NCBI RefSeq assembly: GCF_008831285.2
Contig: NC_045138.2
Coordinates: 42,284,001 to 42,348,000, forward strand
From: Nymphaea colorata
Lineage: Eukaryota
Direction of reading: 5' to 3'
Length of the DNA: 64,000 bases
Positions 63,701 to 64,000 of the stretch are shown piece after piece. Numbering within the stretch: position 1 is the stretch's first letter; each line of letters begins with the position of its first letter. The notes under the pieces were generated by a model. That model was given only the letters and a program-made list of their open reading frames with translations, searched no databases and was not told the DNA's origin. The position numbers and the translations under genes were made by a program.

Positions 63701-64000
63701 ATTACATAACTCATAAAGTCGAATGGGTAGCGTAGTGTTTAGATGCCAAACAAGTGTTTTTTGCTCGCCAAGTTTTCTTTGGATAAAGAAGGGTCGATCT
63801 CACCCTTCCCAAGCACGCTTCACTTCCCATATATGCATGCATATTGCATACTAGGGTGGCCTCACTGATTTATTTGTATCCTCCATGGGATCTCGAACAG
63901 TCACTTGAGGTGGTCCATTTTGTGTTGCACACATTCCCCCCTACATGACGTAGATGCTCTGGCACATCTCTCTGGCCCTCGTATCCTCCGCAAGTCCGCA

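Noticed and set aside
1..64000. tRNA, rRNA, miRNA genes, organellar inserts or endogenous viral genes
   Set aside because: None were recognised. The only tRNA-related sequences are 11-14 nt tRNA-iMet primer-binding sites of LTR elements.

Overview
Repeat-rich plant (angiosperm) nuclear DNA. It holds two host genes: the last three coding exons of a vacuolar Na+(K+)/H+ antiporter of the NHX4/At5g55470 type (+ strand, 4323-6885), and a complete five-exon Rho/ROP GDP-dissociation inhibitor gene (- strand, 24192-27680, 262 aa). Most of the rest is nested, decayed transposable elements. These are a full-length Ty1/copia (7363-17912, TSD CTATG) split by a 5.3-kb hAT DNA transposon (10498-15799, 8-bp TSD); a second copia (49096-52694, TSD GTAAG) containing a hAT MITE; a full-length chromodomain Ty3/gypsy (52851-58308); a 5'-truncated L1-like LINE (about 35724-40843); an Athila-like gypsy remnant; two probable solo LTRs; several MITEs; and many local tandem duplications. 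Every autonomous TE frame carries stops or frameshifts. I do not see convincing evidence of a new biological system. The least explained signals are an unidentified intron-containing pseudogene with phase-consistent splice sites (46941-47792, - strand), a LINE with an ATGA ORF1/ORF2 overlap and an open but apparently catalytically dead RNase H-like domain, and a possible orphaned NHX exon end. All alignments and counts were done by eye; no database searches were run.
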